62,013 bases of DNA, filler included, from Hausera hauseri (GCA_046269625.1; 10 parts of 10 records of this genome joined end to end with filler, not necessarily neighbours in it), one strand, 5' to 3'; shown: positions 38,438 to 53,500, numbered from the whole stretch's first letter. Notes: generated by a model from the letters alone, not told the origin. Program-made: numbers and translations.

Positions 38438-41400
38438 CAATATTATGCACTTGTAGAATTTTAAAACGTTGAAGGTGACAGGCAATAATGGTACCTGTCA
38501 CATTGAGCAGTTCTATATTCCAAAGATTTCATTGCTAAATAGGCGAAAAGCTGGACGAAAAAATCGTCAACTACACCGAAAAAGGCAGTGGTTGGCGAAT
38601 AATAAAAATTGTCACTCTTGGTTTTATTATAACAAAGTCGAGTGACATAATTTACCTCTCTGGACGTTCATTCCTACCGACACCTGAAGCTCTAAAACAC
38701 TCTTATGCGGTAGTGAATGTAAAAAACGCGAATGATGATTATTTTTTATTTACAGTATTCTGGCGGTATTAAAATGTGACAAAGTGGACAGACATAGTAC
38801 ATATCTTCCGAGTCAGTATCGGCAGTATTTTTTCGATTTGCAATTCGACGAAAACTTGATGCCGATGAAACTAAAAACCTTTCCAACATTTGAGCGGCAT
38901 AATCCGACGCTGTCAATTAACGTGTTCCGGTATAATACAATACCCGAATAAACTCACGGTAAATTTGTTATTGTTGGAGCAGGCAGAAAAATTTTACTAC
39001 GTGGCAGTAACAAATTTGGATCGACTGTTGAACATGGATCACCATCAATTTGTCCAAAAACAGATCCGTTGTAATTGGTGTCCCACATGTATGTATGGCT
39101 TCAGATTAGAAACCACGTGAGAAAAACATGTGATGCTGTGCAGACAGAATGCATCAGGAACAACAATGTACGTCATGCAAGTCAAAAAGGAGCTGCGATT
39201 TAGTGACTGGTCTAAAACGGACAGTCCAACATATGTGATATATGCTAATATTGAGGCGATCCTACCACGGCACGACGTATACGATCAAAAACATTCTAAT
39301 TGCCGTCGGAATGTTGGTTGTCTCAATAAAAGGTGTGGTCAACCGCAGTATTACATGTTTCGCGACTGGAACTGTGTGTGATTTCTTGCATCATTTGGAA
39401 ACAATAGTTCAATCGGAGATCGCACCGTGGTATCGCAATAGCAGCACAAAATCCCTGGTTTGGACAGATGAAGATGAACACCTGACGTTTGCAGTCACAG
39501 AGGAATGTTATCTATGCCACAAAATATTACCGTTTGATGTATAAGATCGACTCGTACCTGATCACGACCATTTCATCGGTCGATACTTTGGCGCAGCATG
39601 TAATTCATGCAATTTAGCGAGGCGTGTGCGGCCATTCCTACCGTTGATCTTTCATAATTCCCGAGGTTATGATTGTAACCATATACTGAAATGGACCATC
39701 AACGGATTTTCGCACCGGGAACTGCCCATAATCCCAACAACAATGTAAAAGTTCCTGTCCCTCTCAGCACATATAAACCGGTTCTAGGTACTCTTTCTTG
39801 ATTCATTGCAATTTCTCAATGAATCATTGGCGAAGCTGTTAAATGCCTTGCCGGATGTGCCAATAACCTCAACGCAGTTCCCCACACATTGCACGCAGCA
39901 AAGGCATATTTCCATATGACTTTGCAACATCATATGAGCGACTCCGGACAACAGAGGAATTACCGCCTCGATGGACAGGCATCACAGAAGATGAATATCG
40001 GAGAGCACAAGAATCTGGGACAGAACTGGGCTTTAGAAACATGTTGGATTACATGCTTCAGTATTTTAAACTGGACGTGTACTTATTAGCCGATAAGTTC
40101 CAGGCGTTTCGAGTGAAAGCGTTGGCTGAAGATAGTCTGGAGCCACTCAACTTTTACGCAATAACCGGAATGAGTTGGAAATCAGCTCTGATGTCACTGG
40201 ATCGGGATATCGAGCTATTGCAAGACCCGGAAATGTACCGAATGTTTGATGTTTGTATTCGTGGTGGCATGACATTTGTCAACAAGCATCACGTAACCAG
40301 TGATGATACCTCATCACTGTTGTATATCGACATTAATAACCTGTGCGGCTAGGCGCTTTCGCAACCCTTGCCGTACGGTTTATTCGAATGGGTAGTCGAC
40401 AAACAGGACCTGGACACAATACTGGAAAATGTGTCGAGAGCAGACGGGACAACAGCAGAAAACAGCTCAGTAGGATACCTGATGGACGTAGATCTCGTGG
40501 TACCAGATGAGCTGCATGACTTTGGATGAACTGCCGGTCGCACCAATTAGCCAATGTCCATCGGGCTCGAAAGTGAAGAAGCTGCTTATAGCGCATGAAC
40601 CCAAGCAAAATTACATAGTTCATTGGCGTTGCTGCAATTTTACATGCAGTTGGGTGTACGCGTCACACGGCTACATCGCACAATCCGATTTGCTCAGACT
40701 CCAATATTCAAGCGTACATAGATGGAAATTCGGAGAAACGAGCCGCAGCTTGTACAAAGTTCGAAAAGGACTACTACAAGCTGAAAAACAATTCCTTTTA
40801 AGGAAAAACAGTGGAGAATCTGAAAAAGCGGCTCAATATACGCCTATGCAATATCGAAAAGCGGTTGGTCACGTATACGAGTAAGGCACAGTTTCGACGG
40901 TCAATGCACATTGCCGATGAATTGGTTTCCGTGCTTTTAAACAAAGAAGTCATTCTGGACCGGCCAAATTACAACGGACAAGTGGTATTGGACCTGAGCA
41001 AGTAGCGGATGTATGATCTGCAGTATCTCGATTTGGCACGTTACCGGTAAATATTCGGCAGCGGCGGCGGCTGCGGAAAGATCAATATAATTGCCGGTGA
41101 AACAGTTTTTTCTTGGAACTAGAAAACATCAATTTCGGACAACTACTGCAGCAAATGATGGCTGACGGATTACCGGATACGTCCAATTGCCCACAGAATC
41201 ATCCATTGTGCATCAATGCCACCACAAACAAAATCGGTTGATTCAAGGATGAAAGTGAAGGTCGGATTCAGTATCGGGAATGGGTATTTGTACGGCCAAA
41301 ATGTTAGTCTTAACTGACTGGACCGAAAATGCGCGCCAAAGGAGTTCAGTTGGCCCAGACGGAAATAAATCACGGTGATTATCGCCGTGTTATGAAGAAG

Positions 41401-41560
41401 GAGGCAATCAAGAGCTGTTGTGTCTCATACGATCAGCCGATCGATTGAGCACCAGCAGCATACGGTGACCAATACAAAAGTCGCTTTATACAATAATGTT
41501 AAGTAAGTGAGTGGGGCGGAATAAGAGTTGGGCGTACGGACATTAGCGTTTGTAATAAAA
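38438..41560 (+). pseudogene. Polinton protein-primed DNA polymerase B with inserted HNH/EndoVII domain (decayed)
   Basis: KGSGWRI; YVIYANIEA; DHDHFIGRYFGAACNSCNL; FHN..GYD; IRGGMT; YIDINNL; YYKLKNNS..GKTVEN; EWVFVRPK; many stops. Confidence 0.9.
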
Positions 41561-42170
41561 CACGCATGAATTCGGTGCAGATAGATCAATGTACTGTGAC
41601 AATTCATTGTGATCTCTGTTTTGTATAAATAATGTTTATTTTTCGTTGTTTCTGCCTTTTTTATCATTTAATTTATCTATATACATTTATATATTTTACT
41701 TAATGTGACGAGAAACAATATAAAAAATCAATAAAATTTATTAATCATAAGCTAAAATCAAAAACAAAGTCATAACAGCGTAAACTTTCCCAACTTCCAT
41801 ATTGGTGATTTAACGCCATGAAGAACCTTGTATCCTTTCAACGTCAATGTTAGATGGCCTTTAGTTCCTTCCTGTGGCAAAACTGTTTTTCTACTGCTGC
41901 TGTTTCTCCACCGTGTGAGCTGACAATTCTCGCCATATTTCGTTGAGAAAAATGGACGATATATCTCGGATATCATTACTCAACACCAAATCACTCAGTT
42001 TTTCTAATTGTGTCTTCCATTGTATCCAAATCATCGTCGATGATCTTTTTCACCAATAAACCATATTTCACCGCTTTGATTTTGACTATTTGCGTCAATG
42101 GTAATTGAATACCGTTGCGCAGATAATGTAAGTGATAATAAGCACTGTATAATCATCATTGACATTGTGA

Positions 42171-43066
42171 ATGAGTATTTACATGGTGTTGCCGAGCAAC
42201 AGTTGGGAGGTTGCACTGATGGAATTTAATTTTACCTACACACCGGTGACATTGAAAGGTAGTATGAATATAACGTACAACAAGAATGTTACTGAAACCA
42301 AAGCACATTATTGTCCTCTAACACTTACTAACAATAAAATGACAGTTGGAGAATTGGCCATTTGCACGATCGAAGCAAACTATGGTTCCCACAGCAAAAT
42401 CGGTGTTTTTATTTTAGTTCAAAACTTACATTTTATGGCAGATTTTGAATTTACTGTTACTTTTGAGTCCTCTGAGATGGTGCAGAAATTTGGATTCAAA
42501 AATACAGAGTACAAAGGTGAACATATTAAAAGTGAATATGTAGTTGGTCCAAGATTAAGTCCCGTATATTATCAGACAACGGTGAAATTTACCTATACAG
42601 AAGAAGGGGTGTCAACATCATACATATCGATTGGAGAAAATGTCTATTGCGAATCTGTAGCACATCTCTGTCAACACTTTTCTTCAAATCAAACGTACAA
42701 GGCGATATTTAAAGTTTTCGAATCAGATGCAAATGGGTACATTAAATTTGAATTGGCTAAGGATATTGTCGACATTGTGATTGGACAAAGCCTTGGCCAT
42801 GGTATTGGGTTTTGAAAAACAGTGGTTTGAGGCATCGGCTGCGGCTGCACATGTTGCAAAACTTAAACGCAAACTGAAAACCGGACTAAGTCAAATGTAC
42901 ATTTACGTGAACGTCACCAAACCGATTTTGGTGGGTAGAGTACGTGTACCGCTACTACGTGCAATTTATCCGGAAAGTAGCAAGTATATTGCTGGCGACA
43001 ATGTCACTGTCAAGCTCGATAATCCAATGTACCTACCTGTGGCATCTACATCTATAAACAATGTTG
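42171..43066 (+). pseudogene. Polinton minor capsid (penton) protein, frameshifted and partial
   Basis: MSIYMVLPSNS..WEVALMEF at the N-terminus; QMYIYVNV..ILVGRVRVPLLR..DNPMYLPV at the C-terminus. Confidence 0.78.
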
Positions 43067-43166
43067 NNNNNNNNNNNNNNNNNNNNNNNNNNNNNNNNNN
43101 NNNNNNNNNNTTAATTAATTAANNNNNNNNNNNNNNNNNNNNNNNNNNNNNNNNNNNNNNNNNNNN

Positions 43167-46100
43167 AACAACTAGTTATGGACTCAACTAAAAGCAGCAT
43201 CAAAAGAATCCCCTCAACAACCTGTTGAAAATATTAGGCCTCAACAAGTCTTGATGACTTAATCAGAAACAGTACCGAGCAGCAGCAACAGCAGCAACAG
43301 GAACAGTAGAAACAGCATCAACAACAGCAACATGAACGGTACCAACAGGAAGCTAATATTCCCAATATTACAGTCAAGTACGATCTGAACAGATCGTACG
43401 TGGATATAAAAGTGAACATGTCGGCAAAAACAACAATAACAACGCAATTGAGACGTGTTCCGCAAAATGTGCGCCACCAGTTGGAATCATAAGTGAAAAA
43501 ATTCCAACACAACTGCAAAGTGCAATACTATTCACTGGCAGAATTTGGAAATTTGGAAGGTGATGGGAAACAATAGTACTTATTACATCGAGCCGAACCG
43601 TATTCCAACGATTTTAGTGCCGACGTAGGCGAAAAGCTCGAGGAGAAAATAGCCAACTACATGGAAAGCGTAGTGGATTGCGAATTATACAAATTGTCAC
43701 CCTCGGCATTGTCATAACAAAGTCGAGTGGCATAATATATTTGTCCGGACGATTATTCACGCCGACACCTTTAGCTCTGAAGCAGTTTCTGGCCGTAGTG
43801 AATGTAAAAAATCAAACAATAAATACTGTTTTCTTTAAAGTATTCTGGCGTATTGAAATATGACCAAGTGGACAGACATAGTACATATAGTCAAAAACAG
43901 CTTCAGAAATATTTTTCCGAGTTAAATTACAATGGATGCTAGATGTCAACGAAACTAAAAACCATACCGGCCTTCGAACGGCGTAATCGGGCCCTGTCTA
44001 TCAACGTTTTCCGGTACAACTCAACAGTTGAAATACCGGTAGATGAAGAAATTTATAAGAATCCCCATGTGAACACAATCTATCGTAGTCGGAACCCAAT
44101 AGGCCGACAAATAAATTTGTTGCTGTTAGAGCAAAAGGAAAAATTCCATTACGTTGCAATGACAAATCTGGACAGACTGGTGAACATGGAACATGACCAT
44201 TTCTTCAAAAAACGGATACAGTGTAAATGGTGTCCCGTATATCTGCACGCATTCAGATCAGAAACCACATGGAAGAAACATGTGACTCTGCGCAGACGAA
44301 ATTCGTCAAGAAACATAATGTATGTCATGCCCGTCAAAAAGGAACACATGTTTACTAATTGATCAAAAACAGATAGTCCGACATACGTAGTATATGCCGA
44401 TATCGAAGCTATCTTACCACGGCACAATATATATATATGACCAAAAACATGTTTCAATCACCGTCGGTAATGTTGGTTGTCTTAATAAAAGCCGCAGGTC
44501 AACCTCAATATTATGTTTTCCACGGATGGTATTGTGTACTCTATTTCTTGCAGCAGTTGCAAACCATAGTAGAAACGGAAATCGCACAGTGGTATTGTGA
44601 TAATAGCATCAAACCTCTGATCTGAACAGATGAATATGTACGCCTCACGTTTTCAGTCACAGATGAATGTTACCTGTACCACAAAATATTTCCGTTCGAT
44701 GCACAGACACAGCTCGTGCCGAATCACGGTCATTTTACCGGTCGATATCTACGAGCCGCATGTAATTCATACAATTTGGTAAGGCATATGCGGCCATTCC
44801 AACCCGTGGTATTTCATAACTTCAGGGGTTGTGATTTTCATAATATTTTGAAATGGGCAATAAACGGATTTCCGCACTGGAAACTATCCGTAATCCCCAC
44901 TACGAAGGAGAAATACCTGTCACACTCTGCTCGTATAAATCGATTCCAGGTACGATTCCTTGATTAATTGCAATTTCTCAATGAATCATTGGCAAAGCTG
45001 GTAAATGTCTTGCCAGATGTGCCGCTAACATTGACTCAGTTCCCTGTACATATTGCGCGTAGCAAAGGCATATTCCCCTATGACTTTGCGATATTGTCCG
45101 AGCGTCTCAAGACGACAGACGAATTACCACCGCAATGGCCGGGTATCACAGAAGAACAATATCACAAAGCACAGTAGTTTTGACAGAGCTCGGGGGCAAA
45201 AACATGTTGGAGTACATGCTTTACTATTTGAAGTTGGATGTGTACCTCTTAGCCGATGTGTTTCAAATATTTCCAGCAAAAGCGTTGGCAGAAGATAGGC
45301 TAGAACCACTCAACTTTTAATCAATACCCGAATTGAGTTTGGCATCAGCTGTAATGTCACTGGATCGAGATATCGAGCTATTGCAAAACCCGGAAATATA
45401 CCGAATGTGTGATGTAGGTATTCGTGGCGGCATGACATTTGTCAACAAGCATCACGTAACTAGTGATGATACCACATCATTGTTGTATATCGACATTAAT
45501 AACCTGTACGGCTGGGTATTTTCGCAACCCTTGCTGTACGGTTCATTCGAATGGGTAGTTGACAAACAGGACCTGTACACAATACTAGAAAATCTGCCAA
45601 GAGCAGACACGGCAGAAAACGAGTCAATCGGATACCTGATGGAAGTCGATATCGTGGTATCCGATGAGCTGCATGACTTTCTGGATGAACTGCCGGTCGC
45701 ACCAATAAGCCAGTATCCACCGAACTCGAAGGTGCAGAAGTTGCTTATGACGCATGAACTAAAAATACATAGTTCATTGGCGTTTGTTGCAATTTTATGT
45801 GAAGTTGGGTGTACGCGTCACACAGCTGCATCGCGCAATGCGATTTGCAAAGGCTCCGATATTCAAAGGGTATATCGGTCGGAATTCGAAAAAACAAGCT
45901 GCATCTTGTACGAAGTTTAAAAAAGACTAATAGAAACTGAAAAACAATTCTCTCTACAGCAAAACCGTAGAAAATCTGAAAAGGCGACTTAATTTACGCC
46001 TATGCAATAGCAAAAAGTGGTTGGCCACGTACACAAGTAAGGCGCAGTTCAGGCGATCAATACACATTGCCGATGGCTTGGTTGCCGTGCTTTTATACAG

Positions 46101-46685
46101 GGAAGAAGTCGTACTAGACTGCCCAAGTTATATAGGACAAGTGGTATTGGATCTGAGCAAGTTTCGGATGTGTGAGCTGCAGTATCGCGATTTGGCACGA
46201 TAGCGACAAATGTTTGGTGGCGGCGGCGGATGCAGGATCAGTATAATTGCCCGTAAAAGATAGTTTTTCTTGGAAATAGGAAACTTCAATCACGAACAAA
46301 TACTGCGGCAAATGATGGCAGACGGATTACTGGACAGAATTATCCATTGTACAGCAGCGCTATCACAAACAAAATCAGCTGCTTCAGGGATAAAAGTGAA
46401 GGTCGGATTCAGTATTGGGAATGAGTATTTCTGCGGCCAAAATGTTATAGCCTTTTAACTGACTGTGGACAGAAAATGCGAGCCAAAGGAGTTCATTTGG
46501 TCCAGACGGAAATAAACCACGGTGATTATCGTCAAGTCTGTTGTGTCACAAACGATCATCCGATCAGTTAAGCACCAGTTGTATACGGTGACGAATAGAA
46601 AAGATGCTTTACCTTGCAATGATGATAGGTGCAAGTGGGTGGGGCGGAATAAGAGTTGGGCGTACGGACATTGGTGTTTGGAATA
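43167..46685 (+). pseudogene. Second Polinton pPolB copy (decayed)
   Basis: Colinear with 38438-41560: VYADIEA, HFTGRYLRAACNSYNL, FHNFRGCD, KGIFPYD, YIDINNLYG, KLKNNSLYSKT. Confidence 0.9.
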
Positions 46686-47614
46686 AAATACGCACACGCA
46701 CAGGTATGAATTCGGTGCTAATGATACAAACAGATCAAAGTGACAATTCATTATGATCTGTGTGTTTTGTATAAATAATGTATATTGTTCGTTGTTTTTG
46801 TCTTTTGTTTTATAATCATTTAATTTATCTCTATATATTTATATATTTAACTAAATGTAACGAGAAACAGTATAAATAATAAAATCAATAACATTTATTA
46901 ATCACAAGCTAAAATAAAAAACAAAGTAAATCAAATCAGCGTAAACTTTACCAGCTTCCATATTGGTGATTTAAAGCCGTGCAGATCCTCGTATCCTTTC
47001 AACTTCAATGTTAGATAGCCTTTGGCGCCTTCGGGTGGCAAAACTGTCACTGCTGCTGCTGTTGCTGTTTCGTCGCCATGTGAACAGACCTTGGCTATTT
47101 TGAGAGATTCGCGGAACTGTCACCTGCTGAATTGTTTTCCAAAGACATTTTAAAGACATACGTGATATGAAATTGCATCCATACTTATAGCAAATTTGTT
47201 TATACCGGTTTGTTTTTATTTTAAACAATAGACATTTACCTTGTGAGTATTGTCTCATATCACAATGATACATACTAGTTAAAATTACCTTCACGTCACA
47301 GAAGCTCATGACAAGGTTTCGTTCCGTTATGGAAGAAGTCATTCGTAATAAATGTGTACAATTTCCATTATAGCACATTTACATTCTGGACACTGGTGGG
47401 TTACATTGGTGGAACACATTTGACAAACAACGAGATTGCCGCACATTAAGAATACCGTATCCACTTTTCTTTGTTTACATAGTACACACATAAGCTGACA
47501 GTCTCGTACTTTGTNNNNNNNNNNNNNNNNNNNNNNNNNNNNNNNNNNNNNNNNNNNNTTAATTAATTAANNNNNNNNNNNNNNNNNNNNNNNNNNNNNN
47601 NNNNNNNNNNNNNN

Positions 47615-50150
47615 AGTCTGAGATGTTCTTTGTGTTGTTTGGGCGATGCCGATGCGACTAGTATGTCATCAATGTATGGATATACAAATGGCAAGTCTGA
47701 AAGAACTGAATCAATGTGCCGTTGGAAACTTTGTGCTGCGTTCTTTAAACCGAATGGCATGAATGCGTATTCGAAAAGACCAAAAGGTGTTATCATAGTC
47801 GTTTTTTAGATGTCTTCTGGCGCTACCGGTATTTGGTTGTAGGCTTTTTCGAGATCTGTAGTCGAATAGATTGTCGTCTTGTGTAAGGAATGTAATATAT
47901 CCTTAATCAAAGGTATGGGATAAGCGTACATAGTAGTGACGTTATTAAGTTGGCGATAATCGCGGCATGGACGGAATGTTCCATCGTTTTTCCGGACGAC
48001 GTGCAGTGCTGTTGTCCAAGGTGATTTGGAGCGTTTTATTATGCCAGCTTGTTCGAGTGCAGAGAATTCCGCTTAGACTCCCTGTCTGCGGCGTGGTGAA
48101 AACTGGCGGAGTTTCTGCCTAAGGGGCCTAAGATTTTCTGTGATGATATGATGAAACGTAGTGTTAGCCGGTCGAAATTCTGGATCTTTTTTAATTGTAT
48201 AGAAACAAGATTTGACTAAGTATTGTTGCATTTCCTGGCTAAGTGTCGTAAAGGCTGTTATTGTTATGGCAGTGGACAGATTGGATTTAGTATGAGAAAT
48301 GGTAGAAATCGGGCCACATAAATCGGACTGCAACAGAAAAGTAGGATTGTTTATATTGGCTTTATCAGTAAGGTTTTTATTCGCATTGGTTAATGGTTTC
48401 TTCAATATTGATTTTATATTTGAGATAGGCTGCGAGAAGGGTTGGTTATTTGTAGGGGTCGGCTTTGTTAAACGGCTTTTACTGATTAGACGTTGTCTAC
48501 AATCTACAAGGAGGTTGTAGATGGATAAGAAATTAGACCCAAGTATAAGAGATTGTGTGTCGGCAACGATGAATGTCCAATTGAAAATGTCGGAGAATGG
48601 TGTTAAAGTGAATAAAACTATGGACGTGCCGAAAATGCGTAATGCTTGGCCGTTAGCTGTATACAATTTTGTGTTGGAGGGAGATATGGATAGTGTTTTG
48701 ATGGATGGTGGTAATAAAGAAACAGCTGCACCGGAGTCAATTAGGAAGTTGATTAATCCATTAGGATTGGAGGTTAAAGATGCTTTTAATGTAAAAACGG
48801 CATAAGTACGGCTATCGTGATGAAAACGTTTGCCTGTGCCAGCATGTGCCAAAACATTTGGCAGCTTTATGAGTTTTTTGGAGGCACGGGATTTATGTCG
48901 TTGGAAAATGTAGGTCGTTTTGAATTAGATCAGTTAACGAAAATGCAAACTGTAACGCAGTTATGTGCTTTAGAATTTAATTTGTTATGGTAAATGCAGA
49001 TAATGTCGGGTCGTTTAAAATGAGGAGCATAAAATCTGCTACCTAGGTAGCACTTAGTTAAGTTGTCTTTAAATTTGGTGTGGTAGTAACACACCATTGA
49101 TCGTGTAGGTGACCCTTCATGCTTCTAATTTTTAGATGAAGTGCGGCTATGGTTCGTATCAAAACGATTTTGTCTAGGCATAATCAAAGCTTCGATTTTT
49201 GACGTGAGTGCAGAAATTGCTTGATGTATGTTGGCGTTTTCGGCACGTAAAGAATTTATCTGAGTTCAGATTAGCTATGTCGCTAGCTTGTTGAGTTATT
49301 AGTGCTTGTAACGTAACGGCTATTAATGGGGCTGTATGTGCATGTAATATCTGGTGGCTTTTGTCAGCCAGCTGTGCTAGTTTTGTAGTGATAATGCGTC
49401 CTCTACTATTGTAAATAGTGCGCGTATGTCTCTTAATAAAGACAGTAGGAAATACCTGCGTAGTAAATAGGCGTTGTTTGCCTGATTAACGCTAAGAGTG
49501 CTTAATTGGGTTAGTGAGGTTTGAAGAAATTCTGAGGGCTTTAATGTGCCTATGGTATTGTCACTGAAATATTTGTGGATAATGTTATCCATAGACGATT
49601 CAGTGATTTTTAAAATAGAGTTAAAAGTGTTTTATATGGATCACTACTTTGGAAAATTTCTGATAAATTAGAAAGCTGCGACTTAATGTTAGAAGGCAAG
49701 AGTATAAGCAAACTGTTTGCTTTAAGAAACAAGTCAACAATATTATTTGACTTCAACCAAGCCGCATGAAAGTCCAACCACGTCCTGCTGGAGTTTTGAT
49801 TGTCGACGAAGTATTCTACGCAAGGTAGATTTACAGCAGACGACGGAGGTAAAGGTGAATTTAACGGTACACTTATAGTGGGAATGTCGGCAAAATCTTG
49901 TTGGTCCTTAGATGTTTTTGGATCAGATCCACCTAGCAGGTGAGTGTGCAGTAACTATAGGTGTCGAAGAGGAGCGAGTGTAGTTAGTGATAATGTCTGG
50001 TGCAAAAAAATCCGTTAAAACTAAAACGAAAATTAATCGGGAATATTTCTCGTTGGAGTACGCTAAACAAATTTGCGGTAGTTGCAGTTTGATATATGTA
50101 GTATGTATGTGTGTCTGTTTTCAAGCAACAAAGTAAGGAAGATAACGTTT
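47615..50150 (-). mobile_element. CsRn1-like Ty3/gypsy element (decayed): UBL-gag (48900-50150), protease (48500-48800), RT (47615-48170)
   Basis: LHTHLLGG|SDP; SSRTWLDFH; IGTLKPSEFL; two CxYH..C motifs; FLIDSGAAVSLLP; MPFGLKNAAQSFQR; YIDDIL. Confidence 0.88.
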
Positions 50151-50506
50151 TCAGCTATGTTGGGTGTATAATGTGGTGCATAGGATACGGTGCGCCCAAA
50201 ATCCCTGCGTTATTATGGCTGATCCGCCCAATTAAGATGGTATCTAGGACACTAGATCTGGATATTACCCTGAACATGTGATCAGTTGATTCGAAAAACG
50301 AGAAGTCACTTCCTTTTGTTTGTATGTTAACTGGTTTAGCAAATAGCCTTTTAGGTTTCAGTACTTTGTTCATAGGCTCAACAAGTAAACAGCCGAATTT
50401 GTAATATTTAATTGCATTAACTATACTGAGGGATATCGAATGTAGTGGTTGAGGTACTCTGGTTGGTATTATTTTACAAAGTATAACAAAACAGAAAAGT
50501 AACAAA

Positions 50507-53500
50507 TTATCCGACCTTTTTTAAAATCCTAAGTCCAGTGTCTGTAGAATTTTTGTAGTTCGAAAAATTAGACTGATTATCATTGTTGTATTTACAACTA
50601 TTTTCCATTTGAGGAGAATGTTCTGATGTTAAGTTATACGTTCTTTGATGTATACTTCTTTCCGATCCTGGAGCTAAAGGGAATGATTTTAAGGTACTGT
50701 GTTGTTGTCCCAAAGGTGATTTATGTGCTGTCATGGACGTTTTAACTTCCCAAGGTTCTTTAATTACGAAGTGAATCTGATCGAAATTAGTTTTCCCTTG
50801 AATCATATGATTTTCAGATAACTGACGATCAGTTGACGATAACAGAGGTTTTGTGCAATTGTCAGCAATAATGGTACTGCTAATATTAGAATTTTGGTTC
50901 GCTTCAGAAAGACTTGGAAACTGACTGGAACTATAAATTCCGTTATGAAAAATCTTATCCGGATGCTTCAGACGAGTATGGATTTGAGAACTGACACTTA
51001 CGATACCGGCAGCCGCAACAGTGGCAAAGTCTGAACATTTAACGGATTTGGAAAATCCGTATTGCAGACTATTATTATTGGTGTTACTTGACGAAGAAAC
51101 TGAAAGACCAAATTTATTGTAACTACTGACTTTGCTATTGACTTTTCCATTATATCGGATAATGGGAAGAGGCTTATTTGGTGTTTTATTAAATTCACTG
51201 TCAAAGGAATTATTCGTGATAGTTTCATGCAATGCTTTCTGATTTAATGTTTTAGATGAATAAGGCTCAGACTCTTGAATAACATCACTTCCAGAAACCT
51301 TTCCTTCTACTAGATCACAAATGAAATCTTTGGCTTTTGAAACAGCCTCCGGAGTACCCTTCAAATGTACAATACGTTCATCAAATTCGTTAGCGTTGCT
51401 GTCAATATCTATATGAGCTCCACTGATGTGACGTATAGCATTTACCACAGAACCACCTTGAACGATTACTTTCCATATATCTTTTTTATTCACCGGAATA
51501 TCCAACTTCTTTTTATTGTTGCCTATTTTTTGCCAGTTAGTATGCACGCTATCTTCGATTTTCGAAGAGTTATTTTTAGTAAAATTTATCTGAATCCAAG
51601 CATTATTAGATTTGGTATTTAATTTCGACTGTTGTACATCATTATCATTCAAGGAGTTACACAAAATTTTCGGTGTGGTATATGAGCTGTTGGTGTGCAA
51701 TTCATCTTTCTTATTCTTTAAAATAACACCATTAATCAAATCGGTGGTCTTTTGTTCATCAAATGCAAATTTAATTTTATTCTTATGGATATCTTCCTTT
51801 GCTTTAACCTGATTATCTGATACTGACATTGAGATGTTTGGATTTATATTCTCATTATTGCCAATCAATAAGATATCAGAATCTTCTGAAAATTTTTTGG
51901 CATTCTCTTCGCACAATTTTGTAGAAATATCCATAGAACATTCATTTCTGATATCACTTTTTAGTACATCAATTTCCTTTTCCTATTGTTTTGCTTTTTT
52001 CTTTGCTTTCTTTTCCCTCTTTTTTGTTTGTTTAATCTCCTTTTGTTCTTTAGCTTTTTTTCTTCCTCAACTTGTTTCAGTAAATCCTTAGCATTTTTAG
52101 CAGCTTCAAATTTTTTTCGTTCTTTTGCTTTTAAAATTATTCCTTTACACGTTTCGCACTTTTTGAGTAAATCTTTTTCGACATCCTTTAACGATTTTAA
52201 ATGTTTACTACAGTCGTGCTCGGAGGGAAATTGTGTAACATATTTTACGAGTTCCTCGACAACATACACGTGTCCTTTTTTGAATGCCGACATTAGACAC
52301 GTCATTTTGCGATTGTCGGAGCTGTTGACATCAGCACGATAGTCGATGAGAAGTTTCACAACATCTATATAGCCGCCTAAGTATTTGTCATGATAATCTA
52401 TCATGATAAGCAGTACCTGTGCATGCCAGCCATAATGGAGTGTCACCTTTTTTATTGCGTGCATCGACGACAGCTCCACTAAATTTCATTAAGAACAGTA
52501 AAGAAAATATTTGACTACTTCTGAAGCAATAATTCCACGAATTTTGTGTGGCCTTTCTCCGCGGCAATGATTAAGGCTGTTTCACGAGTAGCGGCCACTG
52601 GTGTAGCGTTAACTTCAGCACCCGAATTTATCAGAATCCTTCCAACTTCCACATGACCTTGAGATGCAGCTTCCATTAACGGAGTTAATCCGCTCTTTGC
52701 GCGATGTTCGATAGACGCTCGTCGTTCAATTAAAAGCGATACAATCTCACTACGACCCTGGAAACATGCCAGTGTCAAAGCTGTATTGCGGTTTGTTTCA
52801 ATTTGTGAATTGATATCCGACCCATTCTCCAACAGAACACGAACCGCCTCTACGTGCCCATTCATTGAAGCCAACATCAGGGGGCTTATTCCCAGCTTTG
52901 AATTCGTTCGTGAGTTGATCTCAGCGCCCTTCTTCAACAGAAATTTGATTATGTCCACGTAACCTCCGGATGCTGCCAAACTTAATGGAGTGTAATCGGA
53001 TATATTGCGGTGTTCGATCATGGCATTCCTGTTGACGAGTTCTTCAACTATTTCCAATTTGCCGTTGGCACAAGCCAATGACAATGCGGTGTCTTTTGTT
53101 CGTTCAACCATAGCCTCGATGTCAGCACCGGAATCTAACATGAATTTCACAACTTCTAAATGGCCATTCAGAACTGACACATGCAACGGAGTTTGGGATT
53201 TTTTGTCCCGATGTTCCAACTTGGCACCGCTATTGATCAATAACTTCACAACCTCGATATGCCCGCCTGAACATGCCAACGACAATGGTGATTCCTGAAG
53301 AGATTCCGTACAGACGTTGACATTAAGTTTCTTCTTGTTAGCAGTATTACTACTGCTGACGCTATGTTTATTGCAACTGTCGTGGGGAGTAGATATACCT
53401 TGTTTGTTATACGGCGGAACTAAACAATTCTCAAGTTCGAGATCGGACTCATAGTCGGGATCATCGTTTTCTTCATTTTCCATTTCTTCAACGGCTTCCA

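Noticed and set aside
43270-43335. CAG/CAA-rich stretch
   Set aside because: Short low-complexity tract in the pPolB N-terminal region, not a separate feature.
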